Shown here: in pieces, positions 1-13,925 of the stretch
Layout: each line of letters starts with the position of its first letter
How positions within the stretch are numbered: the first letter of the stretch is position 1
NCBI GenBank assembly: GCA_000320545.1
Contig: ADNK01000774.1
Span: 1 to 64,000 of the forward strand
Reading direction: 5' to 3'
Length of the DNA: 64,000 bases
Origin: Bigelowiella natans CCMP2755
Taxonomy: Eukaryota; Protista; Cercozoa
Position numbers and translations under genes: made by a program
The notes under the pieces: model-generated
Told to the model about the DNA's origin: nothing
Seen by the model: only the letters and a program-made list of their open reading frames with translations
The model's database searches: none

Positions 1-78
1 ATCTACCGGTAGTAGTAGTAATAAAATGACATTATTGGTAGGAAGTCGTAGTACCATTATTTTAGTCGATCGATTGCA

Positions 79-102
79 ACGACGACGACGACGACGACAA
101 CG

Positions 103-133
<31 letters not shown>
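79..133. repeat. Compound (CGA)n(CAA)n microsatellite
   Basis: Directly visible. It is representative of dozens of di- and tri-nucleotide tracts in the window. Confidence 0.95.
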
Positions 134-416
134 GAGCCAACAAATAACTATCACCGGAGCTCTATTTTTTACATCATATGGGTCAAAAACAGGTGCCTAT
201 TTTATCTACCTAGTAGCACGTACACGCATCCTGCTGCTTCTTCCGCAAAAGAGAGCAACGATGATGTATGGTGTCATTAGTACAATTTTTGTGCTGACTA
301 CTTCGTAACATCGAGCGAATCACCGATCAAACGCCAGCTAGAAACATAATCCACTCACTCATTTGCTCGTCATTGCCGACTTCATACCAGCCGCGAGGAG
401 CCGAGAGATACTAGAG

Positions 417-1575
417 ATGAGGCTTAGGCCGTCGGTGATACACCCTACGAAGCTAATCCGAGCTCTATCGAGTAGAAGATGGCGGTTTCTAGGGTTGGAT
501 GTTGGAGATAGGTAGTAATTGTTGGACCGGCAACTTCTTCTATTGGTGACAGTCACTGGTCGCAGGACAGTTGGCTTGGCTCTTAGTGATGATGGAAATA
601 TGATGAGCTCGCCTTTGACCACGATTTATAGAAAGGTTTGAAGAGTCACATTTTTAACGAATGCTGTATCGATAAAATGTTCCAAATTTTGAAGGTAGAG
701 CGCCCCGAGTACGAAATTCGTCAACACGGGAATCCTATTGGAGCTAATCGTCGTCCTCTGCAAAATCGACATGATAGGGAAGTATCAAAGGAATTGGAGG
801 TGTAGGCTTTTTTTTTGTATAAGCACAAAAAAAATAGCACTCATCTTCGAGTATTGATTTGAAGACTTCGTCGATCGTTACAAACTGAACAAAATATCTC
901 TTAGGATATTATTGTCAAATATCGGGTTGGCGCTTTGATCGTTGGACTACCTTTAATGGTTCTTTCTTTATCTCATTGCGATGACTGTAAACACAGCGTG
1001 CGAAAGGCAGTCTATGCGTAAATTTATCTTTGGTTAGGTCGATGGTAAGTCTACTCCACAGGCTGTCAAAACTACAAGGTGGCCGTTCGTCGTACGATTC
1101 GAAACATAAAAAGCCATCATTCTCAAAATTTTCCTTCGTCTGAATGGATATCATCTTGTTAGATTCGTGGAGAAACTCCAAAAAAATTCAACTATTAGGT
1201 TCTTTTTTAATATTGTTTTCACCCACTTCGCATACCAAGATCCGAATTTCTAATCAGCAAAGTTCCGTGGTACTGGCATAATGAAGTATATTCCACTTCA
1301 TTTGCGCGGGATGCTCTTATAGAAAAAGGAATAAAAAGTTTATCGAAGCAGAAGAAGGTAAGTGGATTATGACCATAACTTCATGACATGCATTCACCCG
1401 TGTGTGGCGCAAATTTCATTAGAACATTGTAATTTCGCGTATGCCAGAGTTATAAGGCGCTGATTGAGTGATAATATTTCGTAAAATTCAGGTAATTGAT
1501 GCAATGGCAGCTTCACGAATATTACAGTCTTTTTTGACGCAATATGGGAATGAAAATGTAAATGAACTAGATTAA
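417..1575 (+). CDS. yqgF: YqgF/RuvX family RNase H-fold nuclease (putative organellar pre-16S rRNA nuclease), 7 exons
   Basis: Hand-spliced, absent from ORF track: MRLRPSVIHPTKLIRALSSRRWRFLGLDVGDR|TVGLALSDDGNMMSSPLTTIYRK|...|DIIVKYRVGALIVGLPLM|VDGKSTPQAVKTTR|FVEKLQKNSTIS|KVPWYWHNEVYSTSFARDALIEKGIKSLSKQKK|VIDAMAASRILQSFL...*. YqgF motifs (LDxG, GLP, ExxST, DxxAAxxIL) occur in order, separated by GT-AG introns. Confidence 0.9.
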
Positions 1576-1874
1576 TTGAACGTATTTCAATAAGAATTTG
1601 GCTTGGCAATTGATGCACCGGATGTTGAAGTGCAACGATGCAGCTACACATGCAAATGTACAGCTACATGACATTCATTTTGAAAGAAAATGGCGTCGTA
1701 GCAAGGATGTCTGCCGCGTACATATGCCTGATCCATCAGGTTCAAATCAGCATGTACGTTTCTAGATTTGTGCTGGGCCTCACGCACTGGCCACACCATT
1801 GCTGCAACTGTACATCTTCGTGCGTGTTTATATGTTTATCGCACTTTGTCATTTTGTGGTGATATATCGCTATA

Positions 1875-1944
1875 ATGTTAGACAAATGTACGCAATGAAA
1901 CGATTAAATTCTTTCAATAATCATCCTGATCGATGTAGCTATGT
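1875..1944 (+). repeat. Diverged copy of the ~60-bp dispersed repeat
   Basis: ATGTTAGACAAATGTACGCAATGAAACGATTAAATTCTTTCAATAATCATCCTGATCGATGTAGCTATGT. Confidence 0.75.
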
Positions 1945-2401
1945 AGACAGCGGCTGCAGTGCTTGCATGTTGTGTCTATTTGTTTCCACCGTCATGTGCT
2001 ACATGCATGTGGAAGGAAGCATCCGCATTAATTGTGTCGTAAACGTCGTACAGCACGCGCATCGCAATAACGGTGCAATCTTCTCTTTCAGCCAGCGTTA
2101 GTCGTTTTTTAATGTCATCCTTGCGGTCCATGATGCCAGCGGTAATCGCTATATATGAACGCAGATGTACAGCAGCCGGCGGCGGTGATGCCGCACATCA
2201 TTGCAGACCATGAAGCGTACAAATGAAATGACATGCCGGCGCAAAGTGTATGATGAGTGTACAGATTCGCCATCGATGTCTGGTGGACAGCGTGCACAAC
2301 GATGCTCGGCACGTGTCACAGTGTATCATTTAGTGTGGACTAATTTATATATAAATTGCTATTCCTGTGCGATGCGGTACTGCACATGTGCTAATGTGCA
2401 T

Positions 2402-3804
2402 CTAATAAGTTCCCTCAGAAGCCTTTCCCGCAACCCCGGTCACAATCTGAACAGACTTACTAGCCCCGATCCGGGTTGCCCCTACACCAGAATGCACAGC
2501 CACATGTGATGAAAGAATCGCTTCATTAATGGCATTTCGAGACTTAAGTTCCGTGCCTACGTACCTGCTTCTATCATTGAAATGGCATCTCCTCGACTTC
2601 TGATACCGCCGCTGGCCTGAATAAATTAATCAAAATACAATCAATGCGGAACTCTGATTGTCGTACTCTTCAACCTTTATTCCCATTCCTTTTGCAACGC
2701 GATTCATCAATTTAATATCTGATATGGTTGCACCCCTAAGCAAAAGGCATACCTGTGAGTAATTAATTGTTCACAATTGACACGAAATTCTGTTCCCAGA
2801 ATTTGCGTTGAGGACTTGTCAATGAAGTGATTAAGTTGTCTGAATAGGTCGACTCATACCCTTTTGAGAAGCCTGTAGAAGTTTTCACAAAAGCTGCACC
2901 TGGAACATGATTTTCGCTTAAAATATGACGTAAGCTGTCGCGATCAAAGGAATTGCGATGTACCAGCTGCTTTCGAAAGAGCGCAGGCAATAATCTTCTC
3001 TTCTTCAGTCAACAAGCAAGTCTCAAGAATTACCTTACGAAACAAATATGAGGACCTTTCACGTTCTTGATCAACAAGTTTATGAATGATATTAATACCT
3101 TCACAGGACATGGGCGCGATGCGTTTACAACAGCTTGTATATCCTATAATTATATTCATTTGTATGGTACATCGACAGGATTGGGTTTGCAATACTTCAC
3201 CTCAAGGACGTACTTGTAATCTCGTTCACGTAGCCTTCCAACATTAATTACCTTTCAACATATAATTTTTTTTTCACGTTGTTGGTTCTCTCGACTTCTT
3301 CGTTAGGAACCATATCGATTTCCTTTGCACCATCTTCCAGGGCTTTCTTTGCTTCGAAAGCCTGTTTGTTAAAATTGAAGTTAATCACGGTTGGATACTA
3401 CAAACAATTATGTTAAACTGCAGTTGCAAAATACCTTGGCACTTGACAAGCCAGCACCGAGCGGAAACCTTTAAAATCATCAATTCAAAACAGGTTTACC
3501 CAGGATATAAATAACTCACCCGACCACAGCAATTGGAATTGGACAATGCTCTGTGGATGAAGCTTTAAGCAGCTCAGCAGCAAAAGCGACCATGTGAGAG
3601 TTGACGCAGACCGTCTTGAAATTGTACCGAAGAGCCTCTTTGCACACTTTTCTCACCTGGGTGATTCTATGTGTCAGGTTAGGTGGTGCCAAATACACAC
3701 ATAACCCTTACATCGTCCTTTGTGGCGTCAGGTTTTAGGATAGTATGATCGATAAACTGGGCCAGTTTTTGTGCATCGACTTTCTCTTGTTTTTCCTCAC
3801 TCAT
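2402..3804 (-). CDS. deoC: Deoxyribose-phosphate aldolase (multi-exon)
   Basis: MSEEKQEKVDAQKLAQFIDHTILKPDAT, FKTVCVN, AVVGFPLG, GAKEIDMV, KVILETCLL, FVKTSTGF, ASGGIRS, GATRIGAS...GTY*. Confidence 0.95.
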
Positions 3805-4560
3805 CCTTGGCCCTCAAATCTATTTCAGTCCAAATATGCGCGAATTAGTAATCGCTGGTACGGGAAGGGGAATTACGTCGGCTTTAATCGAGAACGAATG
3901 GAATCGGAGCAGATCTAGGCCGAACAAGGTTTATGCGAGCATCGAAGTTTCGTATTCAAATATTCGTTATTCTCCGGTATATATTTAATAAGAACGGCCA
4001 AGTGACAACTAACAATAGATAAATATGCACTTTCACTGCTATTTTATTGCACAATAGATACATCTGCGATTAAATGGCTCTGTGTGCTGGCAGCTTTCTC
4101 ACTCACGGTACATACATGTACAACTGAAAATGCAAAATGCTTTTCCGTCATGAAATGCGCTTTTCGGTGACGAAGTCTTTAAGAAAAGCTCTCTCTCGTC
4201 ACTGGAAGAATAGATCTGGATGTTGATGGATGAAAGCGCCTGTTTTTTAAGCAATAATCCAGTACAACATGCAGCTAAATCCATTTTTTTTAAACCAGAT
4301 TTCAGTTTCCGTGCGAACCCAAAATTCCCCGGATAATTGATGAGCCAGCTGATCTCTTCGCGTCTCATCATTAAAACAAGTGCGAAGTCGTTGTCGCAAG
4401 GGAGAAACACGCATGATTTCATCAATATTTTGCCTTCTGGACGCATCGCATTCGATCCGATACGAAATACGCACCCCCCAAAGAGCCGCCTGACGAGCAG
4501 AGTGCGATTCTCTGCGTAGCCTCAGCCCACAGTCTTCGGCGTGTTTACATTGGGATTAAT

Positions 4561-5155
4561 ATGACGGAAGACAAACCAGGAATAACTAACGACAGTATGC
4601 CAGGCAAAGGGAGAAAGCATGCTCATCAAAGCAATCGTTCTTCACCATCTGCATACCCTACTACCTTCCTGGATTCCACGCCTCCCAGGGCCCCCAATCA
4701 TCGTCCACGGAAACCTAAATACGAGCCACCTTTGTTAAGTTTACCACGCTCTCCCGCTTGTTCGTTTGACAGTCGGACTTCCCTGGAAAGTCACGAGCTC
4801 TCGCTTCCAAGGTATTCCAACAGCGTTTTTTTATTTGAGCGGGAAAGTGTTTATGACATTTAATTTGGTTTTCAGGTCCTTAAGTAGCATCACATCGAGA
4901 TCGGATAGCATTGCGGAGACGAAATTGTGCTTTTCGCCTATATTCGGCTTGTTGAGGAGAAAATTATCCGAGCCTTCTCTTGAGTACAAAAACAGTGCGA
5001 TTCATCAATCAAGCATAATATCCCGTGAAGTTCCTAGGAGTAGTGATCACGAGAATATGGTAGATTCACTGCAGTTCCACTTGTCGTTAGATGCTGACAC
5101 GCTACAAGATACAAAAAATGACACTGACATGGAGCTCCATCCAGCACTGACTTGA
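4561..5155 (+). CDS. Hypothetical Ser/Pro-rich protein, 2 exons
   Basis: ORFs 4561..4863 and 4766..5155 join in frame through a GT-AG intron at about 4812-4875. No recognisable domain. Confidence 0.45.
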
Positions 5156-6249
5156 AACGCTAGGTGTGGTATGAAGAGGATCGCCCTCATAACAAACATA
5201 TTAACAACATTTTAATTGTTAAAGCCTTATTAATTCTAAATGATCTCTAGCAGCTAGAAATTGTGTAGAGTATAATTCCTGGAAGATAATTTAAAAAAAG
5301 CATCACAGTGTACAGATATTAGTATTAACGATAAAACCGCGCCCATTTGCCTAAATTTAACATCCATAAGAGTAATCATGGATAGATGAAGTAAACATGG
5401 AGGCACAACACTTCATTTAATTCGAACTAATATCCGCTATTTCCCATGTAAAGAGATTCTGATGTAATTATTTCAGATTATATAATCTATCACGAATGTA
5501 ATTCACATCCACGATTTGCCTTTTTTGGTCTGGAATCTACCGGGGGTGGTATGTATGTTGAGATGCGATATGCTCATGCATTTAAAGCTCTAAATATGAC
5601 ATACAATGCACTTATAAGCATACACGTGGCTCTCCGCGTACTGCATCATGTGTGAATGTTAATAGCATATCGCATGTTTGTACATGCCGGGCGGGTGGGT
5701 ACGTTCGTAATAACTCTGTGCGGACGCTACGTGGTTGTCCGGTATTGAATTACTGTTGCTACGCAGTGTTCGTTTCTTCAATCCGATTGGCAGTCATACC
5801 AAACTACAAAATCTTCGCACGTTAAAGGCTGTTAATTCAGCGTGTGGATGGCACACTGTTTGTCATCATATATTTGTGGCTACACGTACAGTCTTGACAG
5901 CACTACGCTGCAGCGTGCGTAGTAGTAGGATCATGCACAGTCGCGCATATAAATACATAGCTACGTTGTACGCAACAAAAGCCAAAGCGCATCTTTATGC
6001 CACGAGTTTTCTGTTTGTAGTGGCAGCAAGCTATAAAGCAGTATAGCAGGTGCGTACTGCGACGTGATCGCGCATACATCGTTGCAACGGGCATGATGCT
6101 GACTGTGTGTGCAGCCTCGGTCGATGAGCTATTTCCTTGCTTGGTTTACATCACCGGTATCAGGTAACATGAGGAGGAAAAGGCAGCGCTTGCGAGAAAT
6201 ATGATAGCATCTACCATGCAAATTTAGATTTCAGCTGATATATCCAATT

Positions 6250-9039
6250 TAAGGTTTCCATAGCCATAGTTTTAGCCGCATCTCCTTGGCAACCGTACAC
6301 ACGTAAGCACAAATACCAAGGTAGGTATCAGTACCGCTTTTTTAAACGACGTTGACGTTCTCTATCCCTTCTTTTTCTTGCCCTTTCTTGCTCAAGCTGC
6401 TGTCGACGATCAGTGTGTGTAACGGGATCAAATTGAAATTGTGGTAAAGGGTTGTTTTCCGCAGCAGTCTTCGGCTCGTATTTTAATTTGATAAGTCGAT
6501 CCAGAAACTAACAAAAAATCAAATAACATGTTTGATTGATAATTTAATTCACGACCAAAATTCATTTACTTCTTCTCTTGTCAATGCGTTTTTCATCGGA
6601 ACGTATGTTTCATTATCTGGATCAGGGCTTGTCGTTCGTGCAAGCTCTGTGAGGTTGTTTGCTTTCGCGCCAAGTGCTTTCTCGGCTGCCTGTAACCTGA
6701 AATTCGTTCGATATGTGTGTAAGCTACATATAAATGATAAGAAGGTAAGCGTTACCTGAGCATATCTATGTCGCTAGAACTTTTATCTTGTACCACATCC
6801 TTAGATATAAAATATTTAAAAATTACATCAACTCACTTATAAAAGGTAGGACTCCCATGGTCCCTCAATAATTGTTGCTACATACCCCTGGGGGTTTGGT
6901 AGTCCATCCAGCTACCTCCAGCTCTCCATCATGACCTCTTCTTCTGGCAGTTGTGACACTCTTTTTCACGCGTTGCATTCTGATGTAAACGGAAATCACA
7001 TCAAACGCAATCAAGTATCAAAACATCTGTTCCTGCTGCTCGAAAATACGTTGCATGCTGTTACCTAACTCCAGAAGTTCGCACCGGGTACCAGGGCTTG
7101 GAAGAATTGAACGCTCGTCTCATGCCTCGACACGCTTCTTCAAATTCACTATCTGTATTTCTGAGATGATATTAGTAATTATAATAACAACAATAACAAT
7201 AATAACAATAATAATGATAGGTGGAACGCACTAAAGAGTATATTCTCACACCAAGCTTGCACCGTTACCCATCTTCTCGTAGCGTTATGTTGTTGGACTG
7301 CATGTAATCCTAAGTATTATAACGGTCTTCATATATCTATCAATACCATCTTCATCTTATGTGCTGATCACACCATGATTCTCTGTTTCATCCATCGTTG
7401 CGACTGGGCCCAGAAATGTTCTCTCTCCAAGTTAAAAAACTGGAAAGGTTGTTTCATTTCGTGTAAACAGTCTTCAGCAAAATCGGGGTCAACGATGCCT
7501 GGAAAATCAAAGATTGAACAGCTCGTTGGACTGATCCAAGTATCATGGTTGATATGTTAAGAGCAATACCGCGCTTCTGTAGCTTATCATCAATTTTGTC
7601 TTTGAGCCACGGAAGGGCATCAAAAGGGAGTGGAGAATCGATTTGAGATTTCTTTACAATGAAATAAGTTAGTGTGTGAATATTGTAAAATTTTAGCATC
7701 TGTAAACACTACCGTGTTGTTCTGCACGCTTCTTCTATACAAACCGATGATATGATTAATCTGCAGAATTGAATTGGGTTTTATTACGTTCTTCAATTAA
7801 AGTTTGACAGTCATGCCCCTTGCGATGGATACGAGGAGAGTAAATGATATAGCCTATTCATCGTCAATCTGTTGTCTCGAAAAACATCCAATGGTAGAAC
7901 CTTTTTTTCGTAGGTTATATTTGGGTTGATGATCCTATCGAGGTCGTGATCTTCATCCAAGACCTCCCCCATATTTATCCTCTCTGTTGGGGACAGTATC
8001 GCTGTTACTTCTCTTTATTTCAATCACGAGGAGGAAAATTACCGTTCCTGGAGTGCACTCTATTAAGAAGTTGGTCACAGAAAACAGGAATTTCGGTCCT
8101 TCCAACGGGATCACTTGCTAGGAAAAGAGTAACAAAAAGGGCAATGAAGGCAGGTAGCCAAACTGGGAAACTAAAGCAGCAGCTGTGAATTTAAAGCCAA
8201 CCTGAAAGACCTCCAAACTTTTTAATCATTTCATCTGTATCCTACACGAACAAAGAATGTCTGAAGAATTTGAAATTAGCTCTGGTATGTCGCGTACATC
8301 TGTGTAGTCCGCGTCGCCATTGTCTAGGAGCTTGGGCTTTCCAAAGAGGCTTGTAAATTCCCGTTCCTAATATGGTTTCATGTCCGATAAATCAATTCCC
8401 ACAACGTCCGTATTCGACTCTGATTCGCACCACTTCTGAACCCTGCACGGGATCGTCACTTATTCCTGTTGTTCCGTCTCCTGATATGCAATGGCCCTCC
8501 TGGCGCAGTCTTTGTACAACTTTTCTCCAATCATTATTTTCTAAAATATAACTTGTGAATAAAAGCTTCTCTGTCGTAGGCGAATCTGTGTCGACCTCTT
8601 CTCCAATTCTGATCCCTGTATTCTCTTTGTGGACGTACGTATTCCTCATCTTCCTCATCATCCTCCAAACTGGAAGGATATTGGGCGTCAGCGGAGAAAG
8701 CCCCTCCAGGCTCGACAACACGTTCTGTATCTCTCTAGAATAGATAACAGAGAGGTTATCCACTAAAAATGGCTACAAGCCTCAACACAGGCGAACTTCT
8801 ATATGATAAAAAATTTGGGTCGTATGTGGGACCATTAATACCTGCCATCGTAAATACTCCTTCGAAGGTTTAGGGGCCTTTCGCCGCCTGGCCCCCTTTC
8901 TCAGATGAAAGATAGTAGAGTGCCAGCCACGAGATCGAGGTTGGTACAAAGTCGCAACGAAGCCAAAAAGGATCAGTAAAAGGGAGAAGGGTGGGATAGC
9001 AGGAGAAGGAAAGCGCTGCTCCCTCCGCTTCTTCCCCAT
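6250..9039 (-). CDS. Hypothetical multi-exon protein with a signal-peptide plus basic transit-like leader
   Basis: ATG at 9039: MGKKRREQRFPSPAIPPFSLLLILFGFVATLYQPRSRGWHS... followed by many minus-strand GT-AG-bounded exons (e.g. KSQIDSPLPFDALPWLKDKIDD, AAEKALGAKANNLTELARTTSPDPD, QLEQERARKRRDRERQRR). The 3' end is approximate. Confidence 0.6.
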
Positions 9040-9348
9040 AGACGACGACGATCGGGAACTGGATCCTTATGGGAGGCGTTTTCGCGTGGTTACTTCGTGA
9101 TTACTATTGTCGTATGTAAAAAATGTACTACAAAACGTTCTGTCTAAATTTCTTGGTAATACCTCCGGAAGTCACGTCACCCTTGGGTCTCTAATGTTGC
9201 TGATTTCACGTCAGTTGTTCTCTTCGTGATAGGCACTCTGTCTATTTTCAATCCCGAATATATCGGAACTTATAGTCATCCGAACAAAGGATCAGAACAA
9301 TAGATTCAAGGAGCGCGTCGGCTAGGATCCAGCAGGCTGCGAGCGAGT

Positions 9349-12300
9349 ATGGCATTCAGTCGCATGCGTGCTTCTTCCGATGCCCTCAAGGGAATGTTCA
9401 GCAAGATAAGGTATCATTCTTGTTAGTTACAACTTAAAGGGGTAGTAGTAGGGATGTATCGATGATGGTGTGTCCTTGTTCTAAATTTTTATCGTGTCGA
9501 ATCGATAAACAGCAGTAGCACACACACACACACACACGCAATGCATGTATCGATACAATTTCATACATCGCTTTAGTAATTGCGGCTCATCGTCTGACGA
9601 GCGGCAACAATACGACTAAGTGGTGAGTTTTGACGTTTGTGGTTGTGGTAGAATTGGAACGAGTACCATTCGATTTTCGGGGAGATCATCGCTCCCTTTC
9701 CCTCGCCTACACCATCTTCTAAAGTCTGACCTACGAATCGCAACTACTACAATGTCTGGGCTGCTTCTTCTGGTAGAATTCTTGCCTTCGTATCTTGAAT
9801 CAAGCATTCCATGATTCCTTTTGTTATTTGAAAAAGAGTGGAGGTACTTTATGGATGCAGGCCAAAGGTTTGTTTATGCATCTATTTATCTTAACAAACA
9901 AATAAGAAATGGTGATGCTCTATCAATTAGCAACTGCTGAAGCAGACCCGGCGTGCAAAGGTGAGGAGGCTAGTAAAATTCTTTTTTTAGAAACGTTAAA
10001 ATGACTCTGATCCTCACGTATTCAATAGAGGAGATTGGTTTTCTGGCGAAAGTGCGTCATAAGATTGTTGGAAATTACGAGAACAGGATCCGGCAGGTGA
10101 CGTGTTTTTTTTTACCACCAGAAGGGGAATTCCCAAATAATAAAGCCCTTATCTGTCAAAGATTGTTTCTAAATACTTCAAGAGTGAAATTTGACATGTG
10201 CGCATTTCGAATTTGAAGTTCTATTCCGCTACAACGTTTGTTAGTGGGAAGCTGTCAGAGTGAATAATTTCTTTTATTTGGTTTCATGGTTTGTCGTCGT
10301 GTAGATGAGTAACCCGCACAAGATATTCGACTATTTTGCCTCAAAACGAGACAGTAAAGGAAATCCTCTTATGACTCCTGACGATTTTGTTCGGTAAGTA
10401 CAAGCACAACGTGGAACGTGGAAGTTTTGCTCACATGGTTTCGAGAAAGGGAAAAAGCTGCTGTTAATTCATTGGATGCACACGCACACCCCACATCCGC
10501 ACACACGTATACATTTATAAAAGCTCTATTTTATTGTGTCTAGGTCTATCACACATTATGGGGGACGCAGTCATGACCAGGTGCGTAATTCAACCATTCT
10601 GCCTCGCTTAAGGACTTCGTAGTGGATTTCGATCTTCCTGACCTCAGTGACTGTGAATTTTCCCATCCTATTTCTCATCAAAACGTCTGTCTGATAGAGC
10701 TCAACTGCTACACGTGTATGTTATGTAGGTCGGCAACAAAGCTCCGAGTGACTACAGGTCTTCTTTGTCCATGGGTTCATTCCTCGTTTTCCGTAGCTTG
10801 CACATAGTCTTTTAATTCTGCGCTATGTTTGGATCATCCTGCATCTCTCTTTTTCCTTTCCTCCTATCTTTGGTAGCGACTACCACACAACTACTACGTT
10901 GACCTGCCCCATGTCCCCCCTCCCCCCTTTACTACAAACACAGCTCCTCCCCGTCAATAGTCCTGAAGAAAAACAAGCATGACGATTCAAAGATTCCTGT
11001 GATATTTAGGTAGGTAGTAGGGTTTGAAAGTACTAGGACACATACATGCCCATCGTAGAAAGAACAACAACCGAATCGTTATAATACCCAAAAATGACAT
11101 GTAGTTGCATCAAAGCGGCTCGACAGCTTGTGTCCTTTTATTTCACTTCATCTTTTCTTCATCTACTCTCTCATCTACCCCCCCCCCCCTGGCCCTCTCT
11201 CTCTCTCGCTCTCTCTCCTCTCTTCCTTCAGACGTCTTTCGCAAAATGGCGATGGCTTGCTAAGACTTGTACGACTGATTATAATACATAACTCCTTGTG
11301 ATTGACTGTTTGCCATGCCTCAAAGAACAATTCACATGTCGGTTGCTGCTGCAACCTGTCAAATTTCGAGTAAATCTGCTCTGTAATCTCTGCTGCAGAG
11401 AATTCGTAGAAGACACGTGAAGAGACACTACGTCTCACACCTACTAAATATGCACAATCAAGGCCTCCAAAGCATAATGTGTTCTCTGCGTATCTGATAG
11501 GATGAATATCTTCTACTCACAACGCTTCTCGCTATTCCTCCTGACCTCTTCGATGTGGCTTTTCGGATGTCTGACGTCAACGGAGATGGTGCATCATCTT
11601 CATCATCTTCATCATCTTCATCATCATCATCATCATCATCATCACCGAGAGGAATTCCAACCACATCTGTCGTGACTCTGTCAGCAGTGCTACTTGCTAT
11701 CGTCTTGATAGTTTGAAATGTTGCTACCACAATTGGCTCGGGCTTTCACCCATACTGTTTTCCTCCCTTTGTTTCTCAATTTTCTTATTCTGTATCTTCT
11801 TGTTTATTTTCTTCTTCTGCATGATCTTCTTCCGTATGATCATCATCATCACAATCATCACTACTAATGGTGATTCACGCAATATTATTATTATTATTAT
11901 TATTATTCTCATTATCATTATTATTTTTAGGCAATCTCGAGGGAAGCGAGTTCAAGAAAGTCATGGCAATGATGTACGTTTCGTCATAGTCAAGAACTGC
12001 ACCGTGTAGTGTCGTGCATGATGTGTTGCTTATGTATATAATGGATACTATCGTAACGCTGAAAGGAGAATAATCTGCGGGTTGAGTAAACTATAACATG
12101 CTGTCTGTTGGTCTTAATGGCTATCGTGCGTCCAACAAACAAGAGAGGAGGGGCGATAAACTTCAACCTCAGTGTTTTTCCGAAAACACAAGACGTCGTA
12201 GAGAACTCTCGCGCCATTTCTTGACTAAAAGCAGATTGTGTATCTTGTTGCCACGATTATTTATCCTTCCATCTCCCTCAGGTATAACCATTCTGCGATT

Positions 12301-12483
12301 GCGAAGAGCCTAAAACCACGCCCCCAGAACTTTGAAGACATTGTGCCGGTAACTTTCATTGAACTATATCCAAATTGACATATTATATCAGCAAAATCAT
12401 CGATACATACTTCAAAATTGCTGCATCTGTAAAAAAACCACAATTATCATAGAAGCAGCACAAACTTATAATATCTGCGTTTC

Positions 12484-12515
<32 letters not shown>

Positions 12516-12719
12516 CTGCTTCTGCTTCTAATGATAGCTGTATGATGTGATTTTTCGGTATTTATCTGGTTCGTTGTTGTGGGCACATATCTGTGTGTCA
12601 TTCTCATAAGCATTTAGCCTGGCGTTCTTGTGAGCATAACATTCGTTGTTAGCACACCATTTCTTCGTCGATCATCCTCCTCCTCCTCCTCCTCCTCCTC
12701 CTCCTCCTCTGCACTATCC

Positions 12720-12750
<31 letters not shown>

Positions 12751-13892
12751 GGTACCTCCTGGCTTGTTCGGGGGTGGTTACACAGGGACTAGGCCTATGA
12801 TCCTAACTCTCGAGACCTTCTCAGAAGTCCTCAAACAGCTCAGGGAAGAAGTGTGGAGAATACAGGTGCAGTGCTGTGTTGTGCTGTTCGTCGTCATCCT
12901 GCCATCCATTTGTGAGGTTGCTGTTGCCTCTTTCCCCTCCCTTCTCCGCAGCTCACTCTTGTAAGTGTTTGTGTGCGTGTTTGACAACAATGTTTTGTTT
13001 CAAGTTTTTTCTCCTAAATTGCCGTTAACTGGACTTAGGATTCCGTGCATTGCATGAAAACTTGTTTGGATGTGAATAGTCTGATATTTCCTGTATGTCA
13101 TTGATTGCCATCATTTGTTCCGACGTTACACAGTTCTCCATGTTTGACGGAAAAGGCGAAGGCCATCTTTGCGCTCATGCCTTCGCATCGCACATCGCTT
13201 CATTCGCTACTTGGGAGGAAGCTCCTCGCCTCGAGGCTCTTAAATCAATGCTTTTGCAAGGAGGGGCAGCAGATGTTGCCGACAGTAAGAATACATCTCC
13301 AACAGCAGCAGGAGAAGTCGCAAAGCAGCTCGAAGACTTGAATAATGCAGAGTTTTATTGGGAGGACTGGTTGGCTTTTCACGGGTAGTAGCAGTAGTAG
13401 TAGTTGGGCGTTTGTGACCGTCAGTCTTCCTTACCAACGTTTATAGCCTCCTCCTCTCTATTGATACGTTGTTTGTGAGAATCATCCACTTGTTGGCAGA
13501 TACCATCATCATCATAGCGTATCATATCTCAATAGATTTCTGACTTTCGTAGTAGTATTAACATGCCTTTCCTTCGGCATGTGTGACTACTCTACCTGCC
13601 TTCTCCGCTTGCGTACTCATTATCATCATCATCATCATCGTCGTCATCATCATTAATACCCGTGAAATCTCTTAAACTTACGATGGTGAATCCAAATAAG
13701 TAAAGGTTCTGATACTACCACTACGACTTTGTGCTGGTTATTTGTGCGCTTTTGTTCTCTTCTTCTTCTTCTTCTTCTTCTTCTTCTTCTGCCGTTTTTC
13801 CTTCAGTATGGTGGATGACCAGGTCGAGATACGAAGGTGTAGTTCGCTAACCAAATAACATTGTGGCGAAAGTGCTCTCAACGTCATCATCG

Positions 13893-13925
<33 letters not shown>

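Noticed and set aside
1-400. Possible first exons of a minus-strand gene running off the left edge
   Set aside because: Plausible from the alternation pattern, but no confident frame or product.
359-1181. Minus-strand ORFs 359..622 and 915..1181
   Set aside because: They are antisense to the spliced yqgF gene.
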